NCBI GenBank assembly: GCA_964448115.1
Contig: CAYUVA010000021.1
Location: forward strand, 1-63,432
Length of the DNA: 63,432 nt
Direction: 5' to 3'
From: an uncultured bacterium
GTDB taxonomy: Bacteria > CAYUVA01
Part shown: positions 20,341 to 30,836 of the stretch, one piece after another
Numbering within the stretch: position 1 is the first letter of the stretch
How the letters are laid out: the number at the start of each line of letters is the position of its first letter
The notes under the pieces: model-generated
What the model saw: only the letters and a program-made list of their open reading frames with translations
What the model was told of the DNA's origin: nothing
The model's database searches: none
Made by a program: the position numbers and the translations under genes

Positions 20341-21024
20341 CTAGTGGATGACGAAGACCTCCGGCTGGGAGATCGTCCAGGAATAGCCGATCGGCTGCGT
20401 GAAGTCGCTGGCGTAAAGATAGACATCCTTGATTATCTTCCAGTCCCTGGAATCATCGACCAGGATCAGCACCAGAGTATTGATCCCCTCGCTGAGGACA
20501 CCCGCCTTGCCATCTATATCAACATTCAGGTCATGCTTCGTGGAGTGTTCGCCAAGGTCTCGATAGCCTATTATGTGCCGGTTGCATAGGATCGCCAAGC
20601 CGTCATCGACCCTGCCGACATTGAGATAAACCGTGCCCTCAAATTCGCCGGGGAGCTTGAACCGGGTCAAGGCATAAGTATAGGTCGCCTCGTTGAAGGT
20701 TGATAGATCGGTGTCATAGTCGATGAAGAACTCGTCCTGGTTGAAGTTCTCGGTAATATTGCCAAGGATGAAATCGACCAACTGTCCCCAGAGCGCCTCT
20801 TTATCGGAGCCATCGCCGATCATAAGCCCCTGCGTGCCGGATGGCTCGTACCTGAACAGGATGGGATCTCCGTGTCGGCTTATCTTCCACTCCTCGTTAT
20901 CGGTCTTATATACATAAGGGTCCTCGTAGATCTGCCATTTTACAGGGATCACTTCCTGGCAGAGTGACCAGGCTGCCGTCATCACGGTTAGCATGGTTGC
21001 TATAAAGAAGGCTTTTTTAATCAT
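20341..21024 (-). CDS. Secreted hypothetical protein (beta-rich; possibly C-terminally truncated)
   Basis: AAGGAG SD and signal peptide; VDDG...N and L.EG.N.L segments resemble jelly-roll sugar-binding domains. Confidence 0.6.
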   Translation of the reverse strand: MIKKAFFIATMLTVMTAAWSLCQEVIPVKWQIYEDPYVYKTDNEEWKISRHGDPILFRYEPSGTQGLMIGDGSDKEALWGQLVDFILGNITENFNQDEFFIDYDTDLSTFNEATYTYALTRFKLPGEFEGTVYLNVGRVDDGLAILCNRHIIGYRDLGEHSTKHDLNVDIDGKAGVLSEGINTLVLILVDDSRDWKIIKDVYLYASDFTQPIGYSWTISQPEVFVIH

Positions 21025-21148
21025 CGTTAGCTCCTTTCATCTTTAATAAGCATGATAGCGCACAAATTCTGCCATGTAAAGTAAGTTCAATGCACAACTA
21101 ATCTGTTTTCCACCAACCGGTCAAATCTGGGTACGCTTTATTATTTCT

Positions 21149-21754
21149 TCAGCAATTGAAGTCGCATTCGTGGCTTATCCAGTTGCCATCGAGCAAGCCG
21201 TTGCACCAGCAGTCCATATTGTAGCCTAAAGCCTCGCCCCAGCCATGAAATTCAACTGTTCCGCTCATATTGCCTTGTTCATCAATGGTGATGTCTGCTG
21301 AAAGATATACAGTTACTCCCTCGAATTCATCAGGCTCGAGGGTCAGCTCGATGTGTATTACATCGCCTGTGTAGGTAGTCTGGTATGGGAAACGGTAGCA
21401 GAATCCCATGGACTGGACCTCGATGAAGCCGTATAGTCTTTCACTATCCAGGTTGACCTGCACTAATCCGTGGATGGTTCTCACAATGTTTAATATTGTT
21501 TCGCAATCGTAAGAACCACCTGCTCCCCAACAGCCATCAAGATTGATCAGCAAAGAATAACAACCCTCGATCCCCTCGTGAGGTATGGTGGGGGTCGGGA
21601 TAGGCGAAGGATTCGGGGTTTGCGTCCCTTCGGGGGAGTTTTGACTGCTATAGCTATCGCTGTCATTATCCTCGCATGAGATGATCAAGAAAAATGACAT
21701 TGATACAGCCAGGGCTATCGCTATAGTAAGTATCTTGTTCTTATTCATGTTCAT
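21149..21754 (-). CDS. Hypothetical lipoprotein
   Basis: Lipobox-like FLIISC after a hydrophobic stretch; Pro/Thr linker; Cys-rich mature domain. Confidence 0.65.
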   Translation of the reverse strand: MNMNKNKILTIAIALAVSMSFFLIISCEDNDSDSYSSQNSPEGTQTPNPSPIPTPTIPHEGIEGCYSLLINLDGCWGAGGSYDCETILNIVRTIHGLVQVNLDSERLYGFIEVQSMGFCYRFPYQTTYTGDVIHIELTLEPDEFEGVTVYLSADITIDEQGNMSGTVEFHGWGEALGYNMDCWCNGLLDGNWISHECDFNC

Positions 21755-21787
21755 CCATTCCTCGCGTATTATTATTGTCTTTCTGAA

Positions 21788-21860
<73 letters not shown>

Positions 21861-21940
21861 AAGTATCTAAAATCAAGTATTTTTACTTGTTTTATCTTTT
21901 CTTTTTTCCTCTTGTTGTCCCAATAGCGTCCAAACCTTAT

Positions 21941-22108
21941 CTAAACTCCTTCATAAACTCCCAGGCACTCACCCTTGACTATCTTAGTCTGTACATCCGA
22001 TAATACCTGCTCTGCAAGTTTCTTTGAGGGACAAACCGTCTTGCGTTTCCGTTTACCCTTGTAGTAATAGTCGATGTACCAGTTATTTCCCTTCATATAT
22101 ACACCCAT
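21941..22108 (-). pseudogene. Truncated tyrosine integrase (N-terminal arm-binding part only)
   Basis: MGVYMKGNNWYIDYYYKGKRKRKTVCPSKKLAEQVLSDVQTKIVKG resembles phage integrase N-termini; stops after 55 aa; lies next to the tRNA. Confidence 0.7.
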
Positions 22109-22199
22109 TGCAATGAAGAAGTATAATAGATTCCAATTCAAAAAGCAACTTCACTTTAGATTTTTTTAAGAGAAACTCTCTCTTATCTAAGCCTTTCCT

Positions 22200-22280
22200 T
22201 TGTCCTTCCAGCCACTTGTCCAGCTTGCCGACTTTGACTACCGGTACCTTGCCCATGCTAACCCATTCATACAAGGCGAT
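22200..22280 (-). pseudogene. Degenerate excisionase-type HTH
   Basis: LYEWVSMGKVPVVKVGKL...DKWLE resembles the excisionase HTH consensus with the central RF segment missing; directly upstream of the integrase fragment. Confidence 0.55.
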
Positions 22281-22432
22281 CCATACCTTCGGAATATAAA
22301 AGCAATATAGACGATGGAAAGTTTCTCGTTTTTTAATTTCTTGTTTCTTGTTTCAGTTATGGCATGCCTAACCCCCAAAGAAATTAAGGTTTTGAGAATG
22401 GATCGCCGGCTTTTGAAGTGGTTCAATACGCC

Positions 22433-22483
22433 TTTATCACTTTATCACGGTATCACTTCTTCTTTGTGCCTTTGTGCCTTTGT
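22433..22483. repeat. Short dispersed repeat (8-mer plus 9-mer units) also at 61337-61384
   Basis: CACGGTATCACTTCTTCTTTGTGCCTTTGTG here versus CATGGTATCACTTCCTCTTCGTGCCTTTGTG near 61353; related 9-mer runs at 6790-6825. Confidence 0.55.
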
Positions 22484-22571
22484 AGCTCAATAACCTTCAA
22501 CCACCACTAAGCTCATTTGTCTTTTATGGCTTTGTATATTAAGATATCTCCGCTAAAAAGCGAGATGTTCG

Positions 22572-23255
22572 ATGTTTACAGGATTGATAGAAGAATTAGG
22601 CAGGCTTGAGAAGCTTGAAGCCGCAAAGGATGGCAAGGTCATCCGCATCGCCTGCCAGAAAGTGATTAAGGGCAGCAAGGTCGGCGATAGCATAGCTGTA
22701 AATGGGGTCTGCCTTACTATAACCAGGTTGCTTGCAAATGGCTTCGAGGCTTATGTATCATCGGAGAGCATGAAGGTGAGCGTCCTGGGTAAGCTTCCCA
22801 TCGGCGCTAGGGCCAACCTGGAACGGGCAATTATGTCGAACACTCGCATGGGGGGGCACATGGTGCTGGGACATGTCGATGGCATTGGTTTCATTGAAGA
22901 GCTGAGCCAATTGGGCGAGTCGCACAAGCTGGTAGTGCGATATCCTTTGCACCTGGGCAGATACCTTGTAAGTAAAGGCTCGGTTTGTATCGATGGCATC
23001 AGCCTCACCTTGAATGCCATAAATGATGCCACCATGGAAATAAATATCATCCCTCAGACATTCAATGCGACCAATCTACAGTATGTTAAGCCTGGTTGCC
23101 CGGTTAATATCGAGGTCGATATAATTGCAAAGTATGTAGAGAGATTGCTTTTAGCTGGCTTGGAGCCATCTTCCACTGGTGATGTAGAAGATGCCTACCA
23201 GGCGAGAAAAACGGTTACCTACGACCTGTTGAAACGATATGGATATGTGAAATGA
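22572..23255 (+). CDS. ribE: Riboflavin synthase
   Basis: MFTGLIEE N-terminus, GDSIAVNGVCLT, NLERA, GGHMVLGHVDG, KGSVCIDGISLT. Confidence 0.95.
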   Translation: MFTGLIEELGRLEKLEAAKDGKVIRIACQKVIKGSKVGDSIAVNGVCLTITRLLANGFEAYVSSESMKVSVLGKLPIGARANLERAIMSNTRMGGHMVLGHVDGIGFIEELSQLGESHKLVVRYPLHLGRYLVSKGSVCIDGISLTLNAINDATMEINIIPQTFNATNLQYVKPGCPVNIEVDIIAKYVERLLLAGLEPSSTGDVEDAYQARKTVTYDLLKRYGYVK

Positions 23256-24502
23256 GCTTCAAGGAACACTTTGCGAGCATAGAGGAGGCGCTGGAAGACT
23301 TCAAACAAGGGAAGTTCTTGATCGTGGTCGATGACCCGGATCGCGAGAACGAGGGTGATCTTACCATCGCAGCCGAGAAGGTTACCCCAGAGGCGATCAA
23401 CTTCATGGCAAAGTACGGCAGGGGTCTGATCTGCCTCCCCATGACACGCCAACGATTGGAAGAGCTGGAGATTCCACTAATGGTACGGGATAATACCGCG
23501 CCGTTCAATACCGCATTCACCGTCTCCATCGAGGCTAAATGCGGTGTCAGCACCGGCATCTCGGCAGCGGATCGAGCCTGCACGGTAAAGGTAGCGATCG
23601 ATCCCAAGACCAAGCCCTCGGATATCGCTCGCCCTGGACACATGTTTCCCTTGATGGCAAAGGATGGGGGAGTTTTGAAGCGTGCCGGTCAGACCGAGGC
23701 GGCGGTGGACCTGGCAAGGCTTGCCGGGCTATATCCGGCTGGGGTTATCTGCGAGATCATGAATGAAGACGGCACCATGGCTAGGGTTCCAGACTTGATT
23801 GAATTCTCCAAGAAACATGGCATCAAGATCATAGCCGTTGAGGACTTAATCGCCTATCGCCTAAAGACCGAGCGCTTTGTCAATTGCATCGCTACTGCAA
23901 AACTGCCAACCAAGTTCGGTGATTTCAAGGTCAGATGCTATGAGAACACGCTTGATGGCGAGGTGCATGTCGCGATATTCAAGGGCGATCTGAAGAAGGA
24001 TGGGGTGCTGGTGCGAGTACATTCCCAGTGCCTGACCGGAGATGTATTCCATAGCGCTCGCTGCGACTGTGGCGAGCAGCTTACCAGAGCCATGCAGCTC
24101 ATCGAGAAGGAGGGAGCAGGGGCTGTGGTTTACCTGATGCAGGAAGGAAGGGGAATCGGCTTGGCAAACAAGCTGAAGGCTTATGTTCTCCAGGACAACG
24201 GCAGGGATACGGTGGAGGCGAACCTGGCCTTGGGGTTCAAGGCTGATGAGAGGGATTACGGTGTAGGTGCCCAGATACTTCATGACCTTGGGGTAAGGAA
24301 GATCAGGCTGCTGACCAACAATCCCAAAAAATATGTTAGCATAAGGGGGTATGGTATAGATATCATCGAGCGAGTGCCCTTGGAGACACCACCAAGCAAG
24401 CATAATATAAAATACTTGATTACTAAGAAGGACAAGCTGGGACACCTGCTTCTCAATCTACCCGAGGGGGTTAACCATAATGACGAAGATAAAAAGGATT
24501 GA
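23252..24502 (+). CDS. ribBA: Bifunctional DHBP synthase / GTP cyclohydrolase II
   Basis: [55 protein letters not shown]. Confidence 0.95.
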   Translation: MSFKEHFASIEEALEDFKQGKFLIVVDDPDRENEGDLTIAAEKVTPEAINFMAKYGRGLICLPMTRQRLEELEIPLMVRDNTAPFNTAFTVSIEAKCGVSTGISAADRACTVKVAIDPKTKPSDIARPGHMFPLMAKDGGVLKRAGQTEAAVDLARLAGLYPAGVICEIMNEDGTMARVPDLIEFSKKHGIKIIAVEDLIAYRLKTERFVNCIATAKLPTKFGDFKVRCYENTLDGEVHVAIFKGDLKKDGVLVRVHSQCLTGDVFHSARCDCGEQLTRAMQLIEKEGAGAVVYLMQEGRGIGLANKLKAYVLQDNGRDTVEANLALGFKADERDYGVGAQILHDLGVRKIRLLTNNPKKYVSIRGYGIDIIERVPLETPPSKHNIKYLITKKDKLGHLLLNLPEGVNHNDEDKKD

Positions 24503-24950
24503 AGGGATAATCAGCGCCGAGGGGAAGCGCATCGGCATAGTTGCCAGTCGCTTCAACGATTTCATCACAGAGCGGCTGATCGAAGGATGCCTGGATGCCT
24601 TGCTCAGGCACAATGCTGACCCGCAGAATATAACTGTAGTCAAGGTACCTGGCGCCTTTGAGATACCATCGGTAGCGAAACGGATGGCACTAAGCGGCAA
24701 TTATGATGCGGTGATATGCCTTGGATGTGTTATTCGCGGGGATACTCCCCATTTTGAATATGTAGCTGCCGAGGTTGCCAAGGGGGTAGCCCTGGTCAAC
24801 CTGGAGGCTTCGCTGCCGGTCATCTTCGGAGTGATCACCGCGGATACAATCGAGCAGGCTATCGAGCGTGCGGGGACAAAGGCAGGCAACAAAGGAGCTG
24901 ATGCTGCCATTTCAGCCATGGAGACGATAAGCATCTATCATCAGATATAG
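24480..24950 (+). CDS. ribH: 6,7-dimethyl-8-ribityllumazine synthase
   Basis: [39 protein letters not shown]. Confidence 0.95.
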   Translation: MTKIKRIEGIISAEGKRIGIVASRFNDFITERLIEGCLDALLRHNADPQNITVVKVPGAFEIPSVAKRMALSGNYDAVICLGCVIRGDTPHFEYVAAEVAKGVALVNLEASLPVIFGVITADTIEQAIERAGTKAGNKGADAAISAMETISIYHQI

Positions 24951-25080
24951 TGATTCAAAGTGCCTGATATGACTGTAACCTGATTCGGATTTAGTTAAGT
25001 ATCATATTATTGTCTTTATCTATTAGCAAGACTTACTTATAATCTAATGATAGATAATCACAAAAAAGTGGGATAGTTCC

Positions 25081-25503
25081 TTGGGTAAACGAAGAAAAGC
25101 CAGAGAGTTTGCCGTGCAGATACTCTACATGATCGAGGTGGGCGGCAACCATAATCTGAGCCAAGCCTTCGAGGACTTCTACACGCTAAAAAAAGCAGAG
25201 CCTGAAGAGAAGAAATATACTAAAAAACTGGTGCTTAGCGTATATGAGAACCTGCCCAGGATAGATGAAATAATAAAGAAGCATATCGAAAACTGGCGAT
25301 TGGAAAGGTTATCCATTGTCGATAAAAATATCCTCAGGATCGCTATCCAGGAGATGATATCTGGGGATGATATACCTATGACCGTCTCCATAAATGAGGC
25401 GATAGAGATCGCAAAGAAGTTCGGCGATACAAAGTCTGGAATGTTCGTCAACGGAGTTCTGGACTCGATAAAAAAGGATCTGAGACAAAGAAAAGGCTCT
25501 TAA
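25081..25503 (+). CDS. nusB: Transcription antitermination factor NusB
   Basis: RRKARE.A.Q.LY, W.LERL..VD..ILR, INEAIEIAKKFG, FVNGVLD; follows ribH. Confidence 0.93.
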   Translation: MGKRRKAREFAVQILYMIEVGGNHNLSQAFEDFYTLKKAEPEEKKYTKKLVLSVYENLPRIDEIIKKHIENWRLERLSIVDKNILRIAIQEMISGDDIPMTVSINEAIEIAKKFGDTKSGMFVNGVLDSIKKDLRQRKGS

Positions 25504-25568
25504 TTTTTATTGAATTTTCTTTGTGATTTATGGATAATTAACCATTCAGTGTTAAAGAACAACGCAGT

Positions 25569-26294
25569 ATGAGATATTATATAATCTCTGACATCCACGG
25601 CAACCTGGAGGGGCTTGAAAGAGCCTTGCAGGATATAGAGTCCGACCTGCCCGGAGAAGTCATATGCCTCGGTGATGTTGTCGGCTACGGTCCGGATCCC
25701 AACGAATGCTGCCGGGTTATAAAGGAGAAAGCCTCGGTTACAATACTTGGTAACCACGATGAATCGGTGATAGAGGATGTGGATCTCTCCTATTTCAATC
25801 CCTTTGCCAGGGAGGCGATCCTGTGGACTAAGCAGAGCCTGACCGAGGAAAGCCTTGATTTTTTACGCAGCCTCCCCCTCATGCATAACACTGAGCACGC
25901 ATGTTTCGTCCATGCAACTCCCTTGCAGCCCGAAGAGTGGAACTATATCTTCAACTTCGAGGAGGCATTAGCCAACTTCCGCATGATACAGCAAAAGGTC
26001 TGCTTCATCGGGCACTCGCACCAGCCGATGCTGCTCGGATACGATGGCAGGCAGATAATTATCCACAAGTCAAATACGCTAGAGCCAAAGGATAGCCTTA
26101 AATATATAATCAATGTCGGCTCCGTGGGACAGCCGAGGGATGGAGATCCAAGGCTATCTTATGCCGTCTATGACTCGGACTCGAAGAGCTGTCAGATTCG
26201 ACGCCTCGCTTACGATATACAAAAAACTCAGGATAAGATGCGAAAGGCGGGTCTGAACGAGTTCTTGATCGAAAGATTATCCATTGGTAGATAG
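25569..26294 (+). CDS. Calcineurin-like metallophosphoesterase
   Basis: SDIHGN, LGDVVGYG, GNHD, H, GHSH, NVGSVGQPRDG. Confidence 0.9.
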   Translation: MRYYIISDIHGNLEGLERALQDIESDLPGEVICLGDVVGYGPDPNECCRVIKEKASVTILGNHDESVIEDVDLSYFNPFAREAILWTKQSLTEESLDFLRSLPLMHNTEHACFVHATPLQPEEWNYIFNFEEALANFRMIQQKVCFIGHSHQPMLLGYDGRQIIIHKSNTLEPKDSLKYIINVGSVGQPRDGDPRLSYAVYDSDSKSCQIRRLAYDIQKTQDKMRKAGLNEFLIERLSIGR

Positions 26295-26305
26295 CACTAC
26301 CATAC

Positions 26306-27145
26306 ATGAAACCACCTGTTTCGATACAGCATTGCACCTTAGCAAATGGCGCTGCAACACCCTTTCTCAGTATCTTATTTCTTATTATGCCCTGCCAACT
26401 CTGCGCTGATACATTTATCGTGTGCGGAATCCAGGAGGCAAGATTCGTTTTAGCTGGGCAACCAGCAAAAGTATTTGACTATCAAAATAGAGTCTTCAGC
26501 CAAAGGGTCAATATATTGAATGATCGAAGATCGGTCGCCATCACTATCAATGCTAACCCAATAAAATCAAGAGCCGTGCTCGATGCTTCAGTTAAAAATC
26601 CTAAGAAGGAATATCCTTCGCTAGTTCGTAAAGTGGCGAGCAATTTTGCTGAACAATCTTATTATAAGGTCGATTATATCCATAAGGCTTTCAACTGGAT
26701 CGCTGCCAACTTTAGCTATCAAAACACCATCCTGGACGATGGTCAACAGCTTTCCAATGTAATTGCTACAAGAAGGGGCAACTGTGTGGGACTGTCCAAA
26801 CTCTTCGAGGCTCTGCTGGAATATGTTGGCATAAAGACCAGAGGTGTACACGGCGCGCTTTATATCCCGAATGGAGAGGAAGGAAAACTGGTATTGCACC
26901 GCTTCAGCGAGGTATTCATCGAGGATATCGGATGGATATTCTATGACATCCAGAGCCAGCGAGGTTTTGTCGATGCCAATCACCTGGTATTCTTCATCGA
27001 GAGTACGCAGTTGGAGAAAGAATATATCATTGACCAGGGATCCAAGCTGACAGGGAAAAGGCTTCTATTCAAGGATAATCTAGAACTGATACAGAGGCTT
27101 AAGGGAATGGATCCCCTGATTATCAGCCTGGCGGTTAATCTGTAA
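26306..27145 (+). CDS. Transglutaminase-like domain protein (start uncertain)
   Basis: RRGNCVGLS catalytic Cys, LHRFSEV His, GWIFYD Asp; hydrophobic N-terminal segment. Confidence 0.72.
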   Translation: MKPPVSIQHCTLANGAATPFLSILFLIMPCQLCADTFIVCGIQEARFVLAGQPAKVFDYQNRVFSQRVNILNDRRSVAITINANPIKSRAVLDASVKNPKKEYPSLVRKVASNFAEQSYYKVDYIHKAFNWIAANFSYQNTILDDGQQLSNVIATRRGNCVGLSKLFEALLEYVGIKTRGVHGALYIPNGEEGKLVLHRFSEVFIEDIGWIFYDIQSQRGFVDANHLVFFIESTQLEKEYIIDQGSKLTGKRLLFKDNLELIQRLKGMDPLIISLAVNL

Positions 27146-27427
27146 AAGAGTAAATCTCATAAGAAAAAGACAATAGATGTGCAAGGTGTGTGGTTTCCTT
27201 TTGATAGAGGGGACATTCTGAACATCCCTTCTATAAGAGGGGTGCTCCACCAAGGGGGGCGGGGTGTTAATGGACTTGGGGCTTAAGAAGTGAGAGAGCA
27301 GGGGAAAGTGATAGGTGATAGGTGATAAAGGATCGACAGATAACAATGCTCAACACCCGAACAGGTGGGGACGATTCCTCGCTATAGGCGAGTCACTGAC
27401 CGCTCGCTCACGCTCACGGATCGGGAA

Positions 27428-27640
27428 ATGGGGAAGTCCCCCCTCGGATATCATGGAGCGCTATTTATGCCAAACGATGGGGCTGCACACCCGGTCAAGC
27501 TGCCCAGGGCTATCGCTTCGGTGGCTGAATCGCAGGGGTTACTCGTATTCGAGAACACGATGGTCAGCAGCTTCGAGAATACAAGAGATGGGGTCGTCTT
27601 ATGCTGCAATGATAAGAAGATGGTTGCCGAGCGGCTCGGC
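27428..27640 (+). pseudogene. Internal fragment of a DAO-family FAD-dependent oxidoreductase
   Basis: GALFMPNDGAAHPVKL.RAIA..AE..G..VFENT.V resembles the middle of glycine/D-amino acid oxidase-family proteins; no GxGxxG N-terminus; preceded by a REP-like arm. Confidence 0.55.
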
Positions 27641-27656
27641 AACGCTTGTTTATTGC

Positions 27657-29471
27657 TTAGGGCACGGTTACCGACTTGGCTAGCGCGCGCGGCTTGTCGA
27701 TATCGCGTTTAAGGTGGCTGGCTGTGTAATAGGCGACCAACTGCCCGGTTACCATCTGAATCAGGGGGGCGACTATGCACGGAACACGCGGAAGCATGAT
27801 CGCCTCATCGACCTGGTCTGCATCATCTCCCTCATGCAGCACCCCGATGACCTTTCCCCCGCGGGTCCTTATCTCCTGCACATTGTTCATTGTATCAGTA
27901 TATAGCTGTGCTTCCTCGCCGGGCGGGATGAAGGCAAGGGTGTTGATATCGGGATCGATAAGAGAGATGGTGCCGTGTTTCAAAAAGCCCCCTGACATCC
28001 CCTCGGCGTGAAGGTAGGTAACCTCCTTCATCTTCAGCGATGATTCGAGCGCTATGGCGTGATATATGCCCCTGCCGATATAAAGCCAGTTCTTTATATG
28101 CGCGTTAGCCTGGGCGATGCGGCTGATGATGCCCTTGGTCTCGTTGATGAAACGCTCCAGTGTAATGGCGAAGCTGCGAATATCAGCGATGTAATTGCCA
28201 AACTCCTTTTGGCTGATAAGACCGCGCATCCTGCCCATCTGAAGCACCAGGCGAAGGAGGATAACCACCTGTGCAAAGGCTGCCTTGGTGGAAAGGACGC
28301 ATATCTCGGGACCGCTTCCTTGATAGATAGCAAGATCAACCGTTCGTGCGATCTCCGAGGTAGGTACATTAACTATCGCAGCGGTTTTGCTATTCGCCTG
28401 GCGGGCGTATTTAAGCGCTCGCTTGGTATCATGGGTCTCCCCGGACTGCGATACCGCTATGACCAGGTCATCCTTGCCCAGCACTGCAAGTTCGGGCAGT
28501 ACATCGGAGCTTATTGCGCTGGCGTTCACCTTGGCATAGCGTGCGAAGTAATACTGGGCGGTCAAGCTCACATAGTAGGTTGTTCCAATGCCGGTAAGTA
28601 TGGTTTGCCTGGCGCTTGATATCGATTCAGCCAGCTTGCTTACCAGGTTGTCATCGATTGCCATTGCGGTCAGAAGCGCCTGGGGCTGCTCGTGGATCTC
28701 CTTGAGCATGTAGTGGGGGAAGCCGCCTTTCTTGCTCTCCTCCTTGTCCCAAGGTATATGGGTGATTTCCCTTTTCACCTCGGTATTGTTTCTGTGATCC
28801 TTTATAATGAATCCCGCTTTATCGATGATGGCATACTCGCCATCGTTGAGCACCACCGTGCGCTTGGTGTAGTCGATGACCGCGTTGATATCTGAGCCGA
28901 TGAACATCTCCCCCTCGCCGATGCCTAGAATCAGCGGGCTTTCGTTCTTGACGCCGTAGATGCAATCCGGCTCATCGAGGCTAATCAATACAAAGGCAAA
29001 CGGTCCCACCAGGTGCTTGAACACCTCGCCAACTGCCCGCTCCAGGTCGCCGTATTGATTGCGCAGATCCTCTATGAGCACTACGATCACCTCGGAGTCG
29101 GTCTGGCTGTCGAATTTGTAACCTTTGTTGAGCAAACTTTGTTTGAGCGTGCGATAGTTGTGGATCACGCCGTTGTGCGCCAATGCCAGCCTTTTATCGT
29201 TGCTTAAATGTGGATGCGAGTTGATCTTGTTAACCCCGCCGTGAGTCGCCCAGCGGGTGTGTGCGATGCCTATGGTCGCCTTGTGCCCTGCAAGGTTAAG
29301 CTTGCGGTTGACCCTATCTATATGCCCGACATCCTTTTTTACTTTAATCGCACCATCCTCTATGTAAGCAACTCCACAGGAGTCATAGCCCCTGTATTCG
29401 AGGTTCTTTATGCTCTGAAGCAGCTTGTCCTTGATGGGATGCTTGCTTATTATACCGCTAATGCCGCACAT
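27657..29471 (-). CDS. glmS: Glutamine--fructose-6-phosphate aminotransferase
   Basis: MCGI, LEYRGYDS, HTRWATHG, HNG, SQSGET, STKA, LKMKE, KHG, DKPRALAKSVT. Confidence 0.95.
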   Translation of the reverse strand: MCGISGIISKHPIKDKLLQSIKNLEYRGYDSCGVAYIEDGAIKVKKDVGHIDRVNRKLNLAGHKATIGIAHTRWATHGGVNKINSHPHLSNDKRLALAHNGVIHNYRTLKQSLLNKGYKFDSQTDSEVIVVLIEDLRNQYGDLERAVGEVFKHLVGPFAFVLISLDEPDCIYGVKNESPLILGIGEGEMFIGSDINAVIDYTKRTVVLNDGEYAIIDKAGFIIKDHRNNTEVKREITHIPWDKEESKKGGFPHYMLKEIHEQPQALLTAMAIDDNLVSKLAESISSARQTILTGIGTTYYVSLTAQYYFARYAKVNASAISSDVLPELAVLGKDDLVIAVSQSGETHDTKRALKYARQANSKTAAIVNVPTSEIARTVDLAIYQGSGPEICVLSTKAAFAQVVILLRLVLQMGRMRGLISQKEFGNYIADIRSFAITLERFINETKGIISRIAQANAHIKNWLYIGRGIYHAIALESSLKMKEVTYLHAEGMSGGFLKHGTISLIDPDINTLAFIPPGEEAQLYTDTMNNVQEIRTRGGKVIGVLHEGDDADQVDEAIMLPRVPCIVAPLIQMVTGQLVAYYTASHLKRDIDKPRALAKSVTVP

Positions 29472-29486
29472 TGGCTTATATATATT

Positions 29487-30713
29487 TTATTTTATCTTTT
29501 TTTTCGGTCGTTTTAATGGGACATCGAGGTTATGGGGGATTATGCTGTTTGCATCGACAAGCGCGCCTGGCTTGATGGTATTAGCTGCCCCGATGCGCGA
29601 GTAATCCCCGATGAAGGCGCCGAGCTTTTTCAGCCTCGAATCAATAAGTTCCCCGCGCACATCGACTGATACTGTCTGTCCATCGATGTTCTCGTTTATG
29701 GTCATAACCCCGGAGCCGATGTTGGTGTATTCGCCGATAACGCTGTCGCCGATGAAGGATAGGCGACCGACCTTGGAGTTGCCGAACAAGATGCAATTCT
29801 TTAGCTCCACGCCATAGCCGATGACCGAGTTGGGACCGATGCAAGTGCCCTTGCGCACCAGCACATTGTTGCCGATATAGCTCCCCTCGCCGATGAAACA
29901 GGGACCCTCCACGACCGAACCGGAGTTTATCTCCACATCCTTCTCTATATAGACCGGACCCCGCAAAGTAACCATACCATTGAGCTTAACGGTCTCATGG
30001 ATGACCGCCTGAGCCATCGTTGACATGGCGAGCTTGTTAGCTCTCAGGATCTCCCAGGGGTACTGGGTATCTATCCAATCCTCGTCCCAGATAGCTGCGT
30101 AGAAGCCCGGCTCCGAGCACAGCGTCTCGAAGGCTTGGATCACATTATTATCGCTCTTTTTCAGGATACCGAAAAAGCCCTGGGGTAGAACAAAAGCGCC
30201 GACCAGCACATAGTTGCCTAATCCCTTTTGTTTTGGCTTCTCGACGATTCTTGTAATCCTCCCCTCGCTGTCCATATAGATATTTCCGTAGATGGAGGTA
30301 TCCGCGGTCAAAGATACCGCTGCCACCGGCGCCTTGTAGTTATGAAATGCCCTCACCAGCGTGGAGAAGAGTCCCGGCGTAGTCAATGTATCTCCGTAGG
30401 CGAGGATGAAGTGCTCCCCTGGCGTAAAGCGGTCGCATGCCAGGCTTATCGCATCGCCGATGCCGGTTGGCTCCGGCTGGTTGTGGTAGGTGATCTGCAC
30501 ATCGAAGTCGGAGCCATCCTGGAAGTACTCGTTGATCTTCTCGCCGTTTAGCCCGATGACCAGGTCAATCCCGGTAACCCCCACCTTGACCAAGCCGTTT
30601 ATGATGCTTTCCAGCATGGGGCGACCGCCGACTCGTATCATCGCCTTGGGACGAGTCTGAGTGATCGGGTGCAGATCCAGTGCCCTGCCGGCTGCCAGAA
30701 CCAGTGCTCTCAT
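29487..30713 (-). CDS. Archaeal-type GlmU-like sugar-phosphate nucleotidyltransferase/acetyltransferase with a divergent signature
   Basis: NTP-transferase N-domain (RPKAM, YGD, IVEKP) plus left-handed beta-helix with ELKN, LSFIGDSVIG, KLGAFIGD; adjacent to glmS. Confidence 0.82.
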   Translation of the reverse strand: MRALVLAAGRALDLHPITQTRPKAMIRVGGRPMLESIINGLVKVGVTGIDLVIGLNGEKINEYFQDGSDFDVQITYHNQPEPTGIGDAISLACDRFTPGEHFILAYGDTLTTPGLFSTLVRAFHNYKAPVAAVSLTADTSIYGNIYMDSEGRITRIVEKPKQKGLGNYVLVGAFVLPQGFFGILKKSDNNVIQAFETLCSEPGFYAAIWDEDWIDTQYPWEILRANKLAMSTMAQAVIHETVKLNGMVTLRGPVYIEKDVEINSGSVVEGPCFIGEGSYIGNNVLVRKGTCIGPNSVIGYGVELKNCILFGNSKVGRLSFIGDSVIGEYTNIGSGVMTINENIDGQTVSVDVRGELIDSRLKKLGAFIGDYSRIGAANTIKPGALVDANSIIPHNLDVPLKRPKKKIK

Positions 30714-30836
30714 GCCTTGATACCCCCTATCTACATTCTTTCCCTTGTCATGGCATAAGCGATAGGGATCAACTGTTCAGGCACCTGAACAATCAATCTT
30801 CAATCCTTTATCGCTTTATCACTCTGTCACTTTCCT

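Noticed and set aside
20310-20343. Pyrrolysine readthrough of the TAG ending the 20341-21024 gene
   Set aside because: The frame closes again within a few codons and no pyl genes are present; simple truncation is more likely.
22290-22571. FMN riboswitch or ribD upstream of the riboflavin genes
   Set aside because: No RFN consensus or ribD-like frame recognised.
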